From: Trichosphaerium sp. ATCC 40318
Lineage: Eukaryota > Protista > Tubulinea
Assembly: GCA_038496445.1 (NCBI GenBank)
Contig: JALMLS010000486.1
Span: 50,271-114,270 of the forward strand
DNA: 64,000 nt
Direction: 5' to 3'
The position numbers and the translations under genes are program-made. This document shows, in pieces, positions 1-13,678 of this stretch (positions within the stretch are counted from its first letter, which is position 1; each line of letters opens with the position of its first letter). A model generated the notes under the pieces. That model did no database searches and was not told where the DNA came from. It was given only the letters and a program-made list of their open reading frames with translations.

Positions 1-148
1 AGCATTAAAATGACTTATTGTTTTTTTGGTGAAACGAAATTTCGTTGTTTTTTGAATTTAAAACGCACAACGCTGCTTAAGATGGTTGTTGTATAGAATA
101 CCACAATATGTAGATCAGTTGGTACGCTACGAAGCCGTATTTGAGGGC

Positions 149-2783
149 ATGTCAAGAAAATTAGCGTTTCAAAGACCTAAATCTCTTAAACGTGCGTGTT
201 ATTGTTAAAAGAGGTGTTAATAGTTATATTAATGTACTGTTACGTTTAAAATTAATGACGTACAATATAGAAGCTATAAGTAAGGCTACTAAGCGTAAGC
301 CGTTAAACTACTGGTTTAAACGGTCAAATCAGAGGGCTTTATTCAATAAAATTGCAAGTGAGCTTGATGTTAAGGTATTAGACGACTGGTATAGATTCCA
401 CAAGAATGACGTTATCGCTCGTGGTGCTACGAACGTTCTAGAGAAGTACGATGGTTCTAATACCATAATTTTTTTTTTCTCTCACTTTGCATGCGCTCAA
501 TCTTCCTCTAAAGGTTTCACTATGGATCATTCGTTCTGGCAATGCAAACATTATATCCGAAGCACAACTGGGTAGGCAAAAACTTCAGGTACTTGACCCT
601 CTGGAAGAGGTCATTTTGTACTATTTAAAGAAGATTCCTTGAACTCAATTTTTTTTTTAGAAGTGCACCACAACGATACTGGCAGAATAAGATTCACCAG
701 TACAGTGTTTTAAATGAAATAGCAGAAAATCTTACAATAAAAGAACTTGATGATTGGTATAAAGTATCGACAGACAACTTCATTGCAGCGAAAGGATACG
801 GTTTACTCTCCATGCACGTGACTGTTTTTTTTTCAATGAACTTTTCGAAAAAAATAAAGAACTCTTACGCTCTAGGAGCTCAAGACGTTTTATACGTTTT
901 CTTTATTATTCAATCAATTGTATTTATTTGGTGTGTAGGTACAATAGTTCTATATCAAGTATTTTAGAATCACATTTTCCTCAACATCATTGGCAAATAT
1001 GGAAATTTAAAAAAGTACCTCAACATCATTGGGACAGTAAAGATAACCGTTATAAAACTATAAATGATATAGCTGAGAGGCTTGGGATAAAACATCTTGA
1101 CCAATGGCATAATTTTAACAACGCTGACATTGCCGAAGAAGGAGGGAATAAAATCACAACGAGGTAACCTCCTTTTCTTTTTATTCCGCCATTATAAAAT
1201 ACCGTTGTAGGTACATGACTTCTTTGATGGGATCTCTACAAGATCTTTTTCCTGAGTTTGAATGGGATGAGAAGCGGTTTAAAAGGTTCGTTGCTTACCG
1301 ATTTGTAGTATACCAAAGACTACTTTCTCTGAGCGTGTCATACATTGCAATTGAATTAGGATTGATGCATTGCATTTATCGTTGAAAATGCAAGACCATG
1401 ATACTGTTTTTTCTCTTTGTTTCCCTTCGTTCTTTTTCTCACATGTTATCGGATTTAGAGCTCAAGTCGTCAATCGTTTGATTAATCATCACGACATTGA
1501 TAACCAAAGGGCCAAGTTTGACTATATCGCTGAGACTCTCGGTGTTAAACATTTGGGTCAATGGCAAGAGATTTCATTTGAAGATATGAGGTCTATGGGT
1601 GCTTTACGTGTCCTTAAAAAATATAATGGATCTATTGAGAAGGCAGTAAAACGTATATATAGTGGTTTCAAGCATCCAAAGTGGTTTGGTTTTTGGCAAA
1701 AAGAGCAACAATTGAAGTTCCTTAAATTTGTTGCTGGAGCATTAAAAATCAATAATTCTGAGTCTTGGTTAGATCATTCATGTATTGACTTTTATGCCTT
1801 CTTACTTCGTTTTAGGTACCGTGTTTCAGCACCACAGATATCAGCCTTGGGTGGTATATCTTTCTTACAGTACTTCCCAAACGCCTTGAAGCTTATTGAC
1901 CCAAAATTTCCATGGGATTTTAAGAAGTTTGGTACTTCATCAAAGAAGCATCAACTGTAAGTGTTTTTTTTATTTCACGTTTTTTAATTACCACGTGCCC
2001 ATTGTGACCCTTGTTTTCTACCAAAAAACGTAGATTGCACTTGTTTGCGATTATTTGAGACTCATCTGTAAAGCGGTTGTTGACATTCTGATGCTTGCCA
2101 CTTTGTTTTTTTTGTTTATTCAATTTAGTCAGATGAAAAACTTTGTAGCTTCTCTCTTCCCTGATATTTCTGTTGAAGAAGAGCATTATATAGGTACAAA
2201 GGATTCAACGGGCACTATTCTTACAGTGGATGTCTTTGTACCTAAACACAATATCGCCTTTGAGTATCAAGGTAACAATTTTGTTTTTTCTATTTAGTTA
2301 TTGCCTCGTTTAACTTCAAGAAACAGGGGAACACCACTTCCATGATAATCCGTTTCCACATGCTTTACCTGTTCTAGCTCACCACGTTAGTGATATTGAA
2401 AAGACACATGTGTGTAGTGAACAAGGTACAGAATTAGTAAAGGAAACGATTTTACATTCCGTTTTTTTTATGTACTTTGTGAGTTCTTGGAATTTTAAAG
2501 AAAGTCTAGGTATTACCTTGATTACAGTACCTTATTGGTGGCGTGGTGATATAGATACTCTAGCGGCTACCATTAATGATCGTGTCCCTCATTTGAACCT
2601 TGCTACAAGTCCTGAAGCTACTCCACTTTCTCAAGTACCTCCTACATCAGGCAAGCTTTTTTTTTATATTGTTTGCAAGAGTTATTCGTTTGTACTTACT
2701 TTATTGTAGAATCACTTGCAATCATGGCTCCTGTACAAACAATGTTTGCAAGTAACCTTTCAGTACCGAGACAGGCAGTGTAA
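149..2783 (+). CDS. Multi-exon protein with about 5 degenerate helical repeats (about 70 aa; YW..xxQ..F..IA..L.IK.LDDWY) and a C-terminal PD-(D/E)XK/RAP-like endonuclease-fold domain; start uncertain, may lie upstream
   Basis: Hand-spliced repeats NYWFKRSNQRALFNKIASELDVKVLDDWY, RYWQNKIHQYSVLNEIAENLTIKELDDWY, HHWDSKDNRYKTINDIAERLGIKHLDQWH. C-terminus LTVDVFVPKHNIAFEYQGEHHFH...LGITLITVPYWW. Stop TAA at 2781-2783. Confidence 0.7.
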
Positions 2784-2974
2784 ATAAAACCTGAAAGACT
2801 GTTGAGCTAAAAAATTTACGAGGTTATTCTAAATCTTTTGTTTTTTGATGTTATAAACAATCCTTATTGACCAATCTTGAAAATAGTATTAAATGAAATC
2901 CAAAAACACGTGAGAATTCTACAGCACTTTTGTTATTCAACATCCTACGCAGTATATTTAATTATTAGAAGCAA

Positions 2975-4111
2975 ATGGACCCAAAAACAAACAGTGAGAC
3001 TTGTTTAAAGGATAGTAACGAGTTATCAAGTAATGTAGAGATATTAGACATTCCAACAGAGGTAATCGCCTATTTACTTGAGTTCCTGGCTATTTCTGAG
3101 CGGTTTACGGTTTCTCAAAGCTGTAAGCTTTTATCAGAGGTAATACACCATCACGTTGGATACGGAGTAATCAAAGTTCGATCGTCTCTTGATTGCTCCC
3201 TCCTCTGTGGAAGTCCGCTCTTAAAAAATACAGAAATATGGTTCAAGGAGTTCGCTGATGTACAAGACAAAGACTTGACATTTCTATCTGGTGCTAGGAA
3301 ATTATACTTCTACCATAATGAACGTATAACAGACTCAGGAATGAAGTCTATACACGGTGTATGTGACTTGATAATATCAGGTTGTCCAGGTATCACTGAC
3401 AGAGGAATAATACCACTAGTGAAGCAACTCAAGTCTATTTATTTGTATAACTCTGGTATAACAAATATGGGCATGAAAGCTCTTGCTGGAATTCCAGATA
3501 TTAGCTTTCCGTTTTCAGGAGTGACAGATGAAGTATTGCACGTGTTATCTGGAGTACATACAATCAATTTGTATCGTTGTAGGCTCATTACAGATGCAGG
3601 AGTTTCAAGCTTAGCTGGAGTTCATACAATAAATTTGAGTGACACGTGTATAACAGATGAAAGCCTTAAAGCGCTAGCTGGTGTTCATACAATACATCTT
3701 GCAGGTTGTAATGGTATCACTGGATCATGTATGGAGTATCTAGTAGGTGTTCATGAAATTGATCTATCCTGTTGCAAAAATATAAGCAAAGAATGTATGA
3801 AGCATCTAGCAGGTGTACATATTATCAATTTATCATGGACAAGAGCAACAGATGAATGGATTGCTCCTCTTTCTGGTGTTTATCAAATTAGTCTATCAGC
3901 ATGTGGTGGTATCACTGTATCATCTATGAAATATCTTTCGAGTATTCGTATCATTAGTATATTATATGTACATGTAACAGATAAGTGGCTTTATTCACTT
4001 CCCACGTGTGTAAAGAAAATAGACATTGGTGATGCTAAGTCTGTTTCGGAGAGATGCAGAAAAGATCTCAAAGCGAGAGGTGTTACAATAAAGGAATACA
4101 TAGATGACTGA
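2975..4111 (+). CDS. Intronless F-box/LRR (FBXL-like) protein
   Basis: 378-aa ORF. F-box ILDIPTEVIAYLLEFL..ERFTVSQSCKLL. About 22-aa LRRs LAGVHTINLSxCxxITD. Confidence 0.85.
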   Translation: MDPKTNSETCLKDSNELSSNVEILDIPTEVIAYLLEFLAISERFTVSQSCKLLSEVIHHHVGYGVIKVRSSLDCSLLCGSPLLKNTEIWFKEFADVQDKDLTFLSGARKLYFYHNERITDSGMKSIHGVCDLIISGCPGITDRGIIPLVKQLKSIYLYNSGITNMGMKALAGIPDISFPFSGVTDEVLHVLSGVHTINLYRCRLITDAGVSSLAGVHTINLSDTCITDESLKALAGVHTIHLAGCNGITGSCMEYLVGVHEIDLSCCKNISKECMKHLAGVHIINLSWTRATDEWIAPLSGVYQISLSACGGITVSSMKYLSSIRIISILYVHVTDKWLYSLPTCVKKIDIGDAKSVSERCRKDLKARGVTIKEYIDD

Positions 4112-4141
4112 ACATGAGGTATTTCAGGTATTTGAACAGAG

Positions 4142-5040
4142 ATGACCAACCAACCAGACATCCATCAACAGACAACACCCAGTCTGCCCAGCGGAAACTA
4201 TGCCTTCTTTTTTTGTTTCAAAATCTTTATTTTCTTTACACTCGATCATTATGTAAATAAACCATTCACCCTTGCTTTGTGCTTGAGCTATCAGGGACAG
4301 ATATGTTCCTTTCCTTCAAGACTGTCTTTGTTGCTTATTGGGCAAATGACTTGTCTAGATATATTTATTCATCCCTCATGTCGTATAACTTAGCTAAGGT
4401 TATAAGACGAGTTGTTACAGGCACGTGGTATGGAGAATTCTGGTTTTATTAACTTTATTACATATACGACACATAAATCAAAATTCAATGTAAATGTAGC
4501 TTCGCTGCTTGTTACAACAAGTCTAACGAGTAATCTCATCTTATTCCATCATCTGGAAATTTCACAAAGTTTTAGCCACAATTTAATTCTTTGGAGGTTT
4601 ATTCACGTTAAATACCTCTTTTCTTCCCAATACTAATAGAGATGCATAGTAGATGTGCCCCAACATCCCCACCGTGGCATTCCCGGTATTATACTTCGAT
4701 GACGATTCAACTGAATACATCGGGATGCCAATGTAATTGTTTATACTTCGAACGACTGTCTCTGACACAATTACATTCATGCGTTGGGGAACCATACTTC
4801 GTTGCTCAGGCAACGAAGGAGCAAGTGCTTCTTCGTAATTTAGGCACTCTGTATGGTGCAAAAGCACCATCAGAGTCCATCATACCATGGGGCACGCTAC
4901 GCTACCACCTCTTTTTTTTTCCATTGTCTTTCTTGCTATTATGATAAATAACAAGGATATTAAAACATGGGTATGGTGGGTCACAATTACATTAGTAAAG
5001 TGTAGATGATATTGCCATGCGAGGGCAATAATGGACTTAC
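4142..5040 (+). pseudogene. Probable degenerate multi-exon gene relic
   Basis: Exon-like blocks alternate with T-rich intron-like blocks. Splice-like sites look damaged (GAAACT, CTCG), a CAG|GCACGTG donor-like site occurs at about 4422, and in-frame stops are present. No clean spliced ORF found. Confidence 0.3.
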
Positions 5041-5324
5041 AAAAAGGTAGCCTTGCAGATTTTTTTTCATGTTCTTTTTTATAAATACAGTTCCAAGAAA
5101 AACAGTTCTTCAAGAGCGCTAACTAGCTTGCTTGTTACTTCCTCAACTATAGTGTTTTCAATTGTAAGAGATTATAGAAGGTTATTGGTATTATTCAGTT
5201 CTACAAGCGTTTGGTACCACACCACAGGAAACTTCACAATTGTGTTTCAATTTTATTTGAAAGCACATGCTGACTTGTTCTCTTTACGATGTCAAAAAGG
5301 AGCATTTATTTATCAGCCAGTTAA

Positions 5325-7676
5325 TTAAACAAATGTTACTTTGTTATGCTTACGACATGCCATGATACTTGGTATAAGTAATGCAAAGAAGATAAACATC
5401 AAACCAAGTACGCCAGCAATAGTAGTCTGCAAAACAAAATATATTAGTTTTTTGAGAAAAAAACCCCATCTCTTCGATGGTCATTACTTTGTACGTACCC
5501 AATGTTTTGTTACATAAGACGTATAACCTTCTTCTTTATTGTGATTTGGATCATAACCGACGGCAATCAATTGAGCTAGCAAGTCGTCATGAACAAAAAT
5601 CCAAAGAAACATGGAATGTATTCAAATAATCTTTAAGTTGGGTTTCATTTCAACATACCTGAAGAGTCGCTAGCGACGATGATACAGTCTCCATAAACAC
5701 ACTTTGTAATACCAATACCAACAAATCTATGAGGCCATTTGATACGCTCTGGGTCTAAAGTAATCCGAAGAATTAATAATTTTTTGTAACTTATTCGAAA
5801 AGTATCATGCCTCTTGCTCCAGGACCCTCGTATTGGAGGAAAGGATGACGTTCCTTTGGGTATTCGTTCTCAATATCCAAATATTCTACTCTAAACCCAT
5901 CTGCAGGATTCCTATTCCATGAACCTCTGAATGACACAAAAGCACCTGAAAGCAAACAAATGAGAATACACTTTTTTTTCTTTTTGGGTCGTACCGCTTT
6001 TATAAAATTCAGGGAAAGATAGATCCGATTTAGATCCTGAGAAGATAATGTCCATTGGTGCTGTATGTGCAGGGAAGCTAAAAAGCGAGTTAGATTTAAA
6101 CTTACATAAAGTTGAAGTACTTGAAAGCAGGAGGTACGTTGTTTCCAGTGTTACGACACCAAGCATCACTAAATTATGATAAGAATAAATGTATGCGATT
6201 ATACTGATTGTATAATGCTCAAAAAGTTTCTTTAATCGACTACTGCATCACCAGAAATTCTCAATAAAAGAAGTGTATTTTTTTGAAATAACAATTGAGA
6301 GAAGTTTCACGTGCGTGTAAGGTGCTCCAAAGTCCGATTCAACCCATTGAGTACCAACAGGTGCCGACGTATATTGAATATCCAAAAGGTACTGAGACCA
6401 GCAATAAGGGTAACCATAGAACTTTCCAGGTTCGCCAAGAATGTTCACTTTAAAAAAAATCGAGTAAGTTGTTGATCAAATAATGTATTATTGAGTGTTC
6501 GTACCTTCCTCTGATGGATTGTCTTGATGAATATCACCTAAAATTCGCATTAGATTGGAACTATGTGATGACTTCTGATGAAGACAAGTGCTGGCATACC
6601 TCCTAGATCGGCGCGGTATAGGTTATCCATTCCGTTTTCAACACCCCAAATAACATCCCATGGTGTTTTTCTCAATGCAATTTCGTTTCTCAATCCATCG
6701 GCATATACGTAACCTTGTTCAAACAAAACAAAGTAAGTTATCATATCTTTTTACTTGTATCTTTTTGTACCTGAGTCCCAGGATACAGGGAATGTAGAGC
6801 TTAGTTCAAAACGGACAACACGTGATCTGATTGAAGTTGGGTCGATATTACCTGCTGATCCACAACTAGAAAGAAATCTTAGGCTCTTTCTTTTTCTTTT
6901 CCACTTGAACGTACCTGACATATATTCTATCATCGTTATCAAATTCCAAAGTCCTTGTATAGTGATTACCACGGCTAGGCATACCAGTAATGATTGTCTG
7001 AGCCTGACCAAGATCTTCTCTTTGACCTGTAATGTAACGCCAGCTATTTTTGTTTAATCATGTGACAAGATGTGCTTATTGTTGTCTTACCGATATACTG
7101 TAGTATCGGAAGATGCGTATAAGAATCCCTTATGTATGTTAATACCATGATTAATGGATGGGGCACCAGCAAGCTTCGCTTTGAGGCGTTGACCATTTTC
7201 TTCCCAAATAACAGTCACCTTAAAAGTCAATTAGCTTTTCCATTCCTATCGGTTACCAAGTAATGATAAGTATGCTTACTTCTTGTTTACCACGTTCTAC
7301 TACAAGTACATCACCATTATCTGCTACAACAAGTCCACGAGGAGAACTCAAACCTTAACTTTGTTTAGCAAAAAAAGTTTTTGATTTTTTGATTTTGAAG
7401 ATACGAATACGTTATTTCACGTGATCGCTTTTTTCTGGTTGATAGACAACAATGATTGTGTTATTAATGGTACCTTCTTCCCAAACAAATGGACAGAAAC
7501 CTTCCGGTACAGAAGCGTATGGTAGCTCTTTTTCAGAAGTAACGCATGCTAATAAGTGCGGTTAATTAAAACTGACTGTTATGGCCAAAACACACGTGAC
7601 ATTACTTTGGTATACCTGAACGTGTGCCAATTATGAAAGCGAATAATAATATAATACTTACAAAACCAAACCTCAT
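5325..7676 (-). CDS. Secreted/membrane-anchored PQQ-dependent glucose/sorbosone (pyranose) dehydrogenase-like beta-propeller
   Basis: Signal peptide MRFGFVSIILFAFIIG. Motifs YADGLRNEIAL, IWGVENGMDNLYRADLGG, FYGYPYCWSQY, FPAHTAPMDI. C-terminal hydrophobic helix. Many introns. Confidence 0.85.
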
Positions 7677-8009
7677 AGTTACGATGTGAAAAGGTTTCAG
7701 AAAAGTAAACTATAAGTCATTGTTAAGTTAGCTTAATTTCAACTCGCTGTGAAGGTAATACTCACGGCAATTTGGTAGTGGCATTTTTCGCCATAAACCA
7801 GAATAGACTGGACATATCAAGTAAAACTACAAGTTATATTGTGACAGCTCCAGTGAACTAAAAAAGGCGAGTTTTCTTACCACATAAATAAACCGGCCTC
7901 AACAAAGCAGCTATCAAATAAAGGAACATTAGATCTCTAAAAATACGGGTTTTATTTTCTTTTTTTCTCCCTTCTCTTTTCTACTCTCGCTACCAAAAAA
8001 AATTGATGT

Positions 8010-9370
8010 CTACCGGAATAGATCATCTATATCCCAGTTCTTAAACTCTAAAAACTCAAAGGATAAAACCTTTCTACCGCTAATACAGAACGCTGATGGG
8101 ACAGGCAAGTTCGTAGAAACAGTTGAAGCAGATGCGAGTTGTGCAAGAATAGCCTTGCTTTTCTCATCTTGTTCCCTTATCATGGCTTCTAGAGTGTCTA
8201 AGACATCCTCTGGTTCTAGTGTCTCATCTTTTTGGACACATGGTAGATTCATTACATCAGCGACTTCACGAGGAAGTACTGTAGGTTTTTCAAACCGAGG
8301 GAGGGGATCCTTCATGTTTAGAGCTACATCTGATGTCGACTTTACAGGTGCATCTAAAAGTTGCTTCCTCTTTTTCTTAAACGAAATACGCCTCTAAAAC
8401 AGGCGACAAGTTAGTGTAGTAAAAAAAAACCAAAAAATTTTCAATGAGTTTTTCTGAAATGCGAAAACGTGTTGTTCGACGTACAGGTGATGAAGATGCA
8501 GATCCAGAACGACGAGTCATATCACCCCTTGATTTTGACTTACGCATCTTACGCTGGTTCATTGGGTGACTAAAATTGTTACTCTTGCTTCTTGTGTGAC
8601 GACGAGATTTTTTCTTCTTTTTCTCTACTTTATATGGTTCTTTGAATGATGAACTCAAAAACCCTCTTGTAACAGGTAGACTCTTCCCTCTTGAGTCTTG
8701 AAGTTTCTCTTTAAGCCTCTTTATCCTCTTCATTATAACACGTGCGTTTACAACGCTCTGTGCTTCTTTTAACTTGAAAGTGACATGAACCATTTCACCA
8801 ACTAGAGTGACATGTATAACAGCAGGAAAAGAAAGGCTTGCAGGAAGAGGGTCTTCGCTGAATGTCAACGAAGATACATACTCTGCAAGTAACTCTAAAA
8901 GCCAACACATCAGTACGAGCAAAGAGGACAAAAATAAAAGGTTGTGATGAGGGTGAAGAAATAAAAAAAAACCAAACAAATGGTGTTTTTTCCAAAAACG
9001 TAAAGCAATGCGCACGTGGATGTCCCAAGGGTTTAAAAATCGCGTGCTCAACGCGTAAGTTTGTAGAATCAGGTGAGTCTACTGTGAGCATGCCTCCATC
9101 ACATGCAGTATCAAGGTTTATCTAGTTTAGCGTCAGGAAAGCGTGCAAGGGAGATATTAAACGTTTTTGACAAATTTTGGTGATTTTGCACAGCCGATAA
9201 ATGCGTACGTCGTAAAATGTAATGGACACGCCTCGCTCTAGTAGCCTGTCACCCGTTTTAAATTGTTTTATTGGTTTTGGTATGAGAGATGAGCGTCGTG
9301 ATCTACTCTTGTTTGATCTGCTACTAGATGAAGATTTTTGGGATCTGGAGTGCTTTCGTGAGCGGGACAT
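8010..9370 (-). CDS. Hypothetical Ser/Arg/Lys-rich (probably nuclear) multi-exon protein
   Basis: ORFs 9122-9370, 8795-9091, 8377-9051 and 8010-8315 join through plausible introns. No recognisable domain. Confidence 0.6.
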
Positions 9371-10049
9371 CTAGTTGAAGTTGAAAGTTAGAATAAAAAT
9401 GCGGTACGAATAGGAAATCACTTCAAGAGAGTTTTATATACATAAAGGCGCGAGGTTAAGCAAGTTATATGATTTTCGTCTTTTACCGCGCAGGGGAAAA
9501 GTTAATGATAGTCTAAAACTTCACTAACCACCGTATTGGCCTCGTATTTAGTGCGTATAGTAAAAATTGTAAATTAGGGTACAACGCACCTTTGAATCTT
9601 TGACTACTCCGCTTAAAAATTGCCTAAAAGATGGCTTGCGTACGCTGTTGCCTGGTTTCCCGGTATACAACTCCGCTTAGTCCAGTTGAGTCAATTTAAA
9701 TTTGTTAGCCTGAGTTCCACCAAATTAAGGCTCACTGTATGGTCCAAACAATGTTTTAGCAATAACCATTACTGCTGCATCCCAAAAACGGAAACCACGC
9801 AATAAAGCTAATCATTGATTGTTTATTCTGCGCTAAAAAATACGTACAACTGCCTAAAGTTCATATAAGACGCAATATTTATTGTACTAAACGATGCAAC
9901 ATGTCACTACCCACGTTTTTAGGCACTCTTTACGCGTAGCACGTAAGATGTTTACTAGCAGGTCATTACATACTGAAACCGGTTTCATTCTCGTTCACTT
10001 AAAGTGGGTAGCATACAAGTCTTAAAAGTTATTCTACAATTGTTTGAAA

Positions 10050-11551
10050 ATGAGGAACACGCTTCATGTACTCAATAGCATCACTAGTAATAGCACTGCT
10101 CCATCAAAACCTTATGTATCAGACGATAACTTATTTTACCTGTATACAGCATCTTCTAGCTTATCTCTTATAGCTAGCACCGTAATGGTAAGTGTAACAA
10201 CAAAAAAACAATCACGTGATATACAATGAACCCACATCAACAAAAACTAATATCTCTACCAGCTTATGAACATTATATTAAAAAGAAAGGTACAGACGCG
10301 ACCTCAGCGTCTTGTACTTCAAGTTTTCATAATAGACTATCTCATTGGATGTACAGACTTACTATCAGCCTATACGTACTGGCGCGAAGAAGACGGTACA
10401 AAAAAGAGACAACAAGAAAGTAATTCTTCTTATTTAAATTCTTTTTAGCTTTCTGCCACGTGCACGCTTACTTGGTGAATGCTAGTGAGCTTCTTCAACC
10501 TTTCATATCTGTGGTTATAGCCATAAACGTTTATTTCTTTTTGGTTAAGAAGAGGTACGCTTGGTACATACCTGTACCGGTCTTTTAAGGTGTTTTTGTA
10601 ACTGTGTCCCACAGTCGCACGTCCCGATTTTCAGAACTATGTTTCGCCTTAGCAATCATACTGTTGGCTTTGTTCTTGAGTGCTTTACCATTTTTTGGTA
10701 ATACGTATGGCAAGGATTATCCGTAAGTAGTTTACTGCTTTAACTTTGTTTTACCCACAAAGTACACTTTAGGTATTGTTGGATTAAACAGGATTCGGGC
10801 AACATTGGCATTGTGCACGTGATTTTTATTTCGCGGTGATGTAGCTCATATTGTTTTTGTTTAGTTGGGATTTGACAGCTTTCGTGATACCTCTCATTCT
10901 ATCTTTTCTTATAATTGTCTTTTTGAACTTGCATGGCGTGTGCCACTTGCACCTCCGTACAAAGGTACTAAAAAAATCCTTTTTGGAGTAGTAAACACTC
11001 TTGTCTTGAGCTGAAGAATTTTGGTTTTTTAGGAGATGAGGTCAATGCACCATGTACGACAAATGAAGTCTTTGGCTTTCTTTAGACTTGTGGGATACCC
11101 TTTCATTATGATGTTGGTTTGGACCGGTACACTAGTGAGATATATAGGATATGACATGAGGGATGTAACTCCTGTACGTTTTGTTACTGTTAAATCTATT
11201 CTAATCATGTTTTTTAAGCCTTCTGGTTTGCTTATTTACATCTTTTGTACACGTCCACTTGTTGGTTTTTTCGATGCCTTATTTTATAGTGTCAGCCAAC
11301 GGTTTGTTGTTCTCGGAGCTTGTTCTTGGTGTTGTACGCGTGTTTTCCCTTTTTTTTTTTGAAATGTTCTATTGTACAGTATAAGCGTTAACTCCTCTTT
11401 TTCTTTAGTCAATGAGCGAAAGCGTTCACGAAACAGCTCGTATTACGATGGTTTTTCAACTGGTGGGCGTTTAACCTTTACACAAGATGAAGATCCTTTG
11501 ATTAGTCCTACTGGCCAAGCTCAAGCTCACGCCAACAAAACGGTTAACTAA
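10050..11551 (+). CDS. 7-TM GPCR, cAMP-receptor-like (CAR/Crl/Git3-type)
   Basis: Spliced TM segments. FCHVHAYLVN (TM3 start), LPFFGNTYG..YCWI, RLVGYPFIMMLVW, PLVGFFDALFY. Confidence 0.8.
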
Positions 11552-12000
11552 AAAAAATCAGAGAGTTTGCGTAGACTACACGTACGTAAACAGTTGCATC
11601 CAATTTTACTTTCTTCCTGATCTTCTTTTTTTCCGTTCTTCAATCTACAAAATTCATCTTTGTGCCAATACCAATTCTTATCTAGCATGTCTCGCTCTTT
11701 TTATGTACATAGCAGCCTTTTTGTACAAAAATTATGGCGCCATCTTGGATTACGCGTGTCTAACCTGCCAATACACGCGCCGGTCCATTGGGCAATCTAA
11801 ATAAATGTTAGAGGATGCGGGATTTGTGAATCCTTTAAGAATCTTTCTTTTTGCCTGTGACACTTGCACTAACAAGTGATCGCGATAAATCACATCTCAA
11901 ATCACTGAGGTTTGACACGCACTACAAAGTTATTTTTGCCTTTCTGATAATAGCTCGTTAAGTGCATTCTTGCTTACCGTGTCACTATCCTTTTAAGCGT

Positions 12001-13397
12001 ATGGCCCAGTCACGCCGCTCATTAGGAGACGAAGATAGCTATTGGTCCATTTCGGAAAGCGAAGATGAGGTAAAAGAAAAAAAAGCAATAAAAGACGTCA
12101 AGAAGGCTACAACACGCGTAACCACAAAGGAAACAAGAGTAAAGGTCACCAAAAAAACAAAAAAACAAAAACAAGAGCGAGTACGCTCAACTAATACCAT
12201 GGTGATATTTACCGCATGTGTAGCTCCCAATATTAGCTGTTCACACTCCCAAAGACGTTACAGTTAAATTAAACGTTGGCGGCCGAAAATATCAAACAAA
12301 AACCTCAACACTAACCATGGTACGCCTCTCAACGCGTTTTCGCGTATCTAAGCTATTTTAGTACCCAAACTCGCTCTTAGCGCGAATGTTTTGCAATGAA
12401 AATCTGGCAAGCATTACACAGCCCAACAGTGACGGAGAATACTTTATTGACAGGTACAATAACGTTGACAGCCGAAAAAACAAACCGATAACGAAAAAAT
12501 ATTACAACCAAATCACAAGCACTTCAAATAGCTTACGTTCGTTTGACAAGCCAATTTTTACAAAAAAACAACTAATGTGCACTCAGAAACGGTCGTTATT
12601 TCGAGTACATATTGGACTTCTACCGGATAGGCAAGATGATAGGTACGCAGTCACATCACTGTTGTTTTATATGCATCTGAACTAAAATTGATGAAATTAA
12701 AAACAGTCGGTTGTAGTTTGTTAACAAACATTTTTTAGTACCAACGACAGTACCTACAGAGGCTCTACAAGAGGAAATTGACTTTTTTCAGTTACCCATC
12801 TCCGTTGATGAGTTGCAGAGCTACCCACGAGGTTAGATTGCTTTAAAGTAAGCTTTTACTCTTAGTCTAATACATTGATAGGTGTCAGGTATTCTAAAAT
12901 GGCATTCAGGAAGGTGAGCTAGGATGACAGAATGTAATGTTGGTATAACGAGTTAATTAGGCTTGTGAGCTATGTGGGGAGAAGTTTAAAGGTTTAGTAG
13001 AGGTAATACGAGCATGTACGTTTAATGCAGCAAAGAATGGATGCTTTCAATGTAAGATTGATTTTATGAAATCCCACGCTTACAAGCGAGCTGTGGCAGG
13101 TACGTAGCTCATTTAACAGCCTCGAAAATAAGCTCGGCTACGCGTGATAGTAAACTTTGCTTAGGCCAACAGCACGGTGGAGGCATTTGGCAAGCTAATG
13201 TTATTGATTTATGGGCAGTGGAATTCCTTCAAGACGATCAAAACCAGCGTATACTTAAACGATATCTAGAAAGAGATGGATATGACTTTATTCTACAACA
13301 ACCTGTTCTAGCGTTGTTCTCTTTGAGTATATTATTTTTTGGCGAGCGAGAAGTAAAAAGGACCGTTGTAAAGGGTCCAAAGAAGGGTGTAAATTGA
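12001..13397 (+). CDS. BTB/POZ (KCTD, potassium-channel tetramerisation type) domain protein
   Basis: VKLNVGGRKYQT, YPNSLLARMF, DGEYFIDRNGRYFEYILDFYRIG, EEIDFFQL after splicing. Confidence 0.85.
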
Positions 13398-13678
13398 TTT
13401 GTAAAATACAGTTGGGAGTACCAACTACAAAACCTCTAAAGTGCTGTGATATTAGTAGTGCTAGTGCTACACGTTTCTCGTTATTTGATAGCACGTAAAC
13501 GTGTAGATGTACAAGTTTGTACTAACATTTGATAAGCGTCGTTGATACGATCGTTGTTAGATAGAAAACTCAGTAATTTTCAAGGTAGTTTTTGTGGGAG
13601 AATACTGGTTGTGGTTTTTGGGAGTATTTTTGAACTAATGTGACTTTCTTTTTTCAAGTTTTGTTTACTAACGATAAG

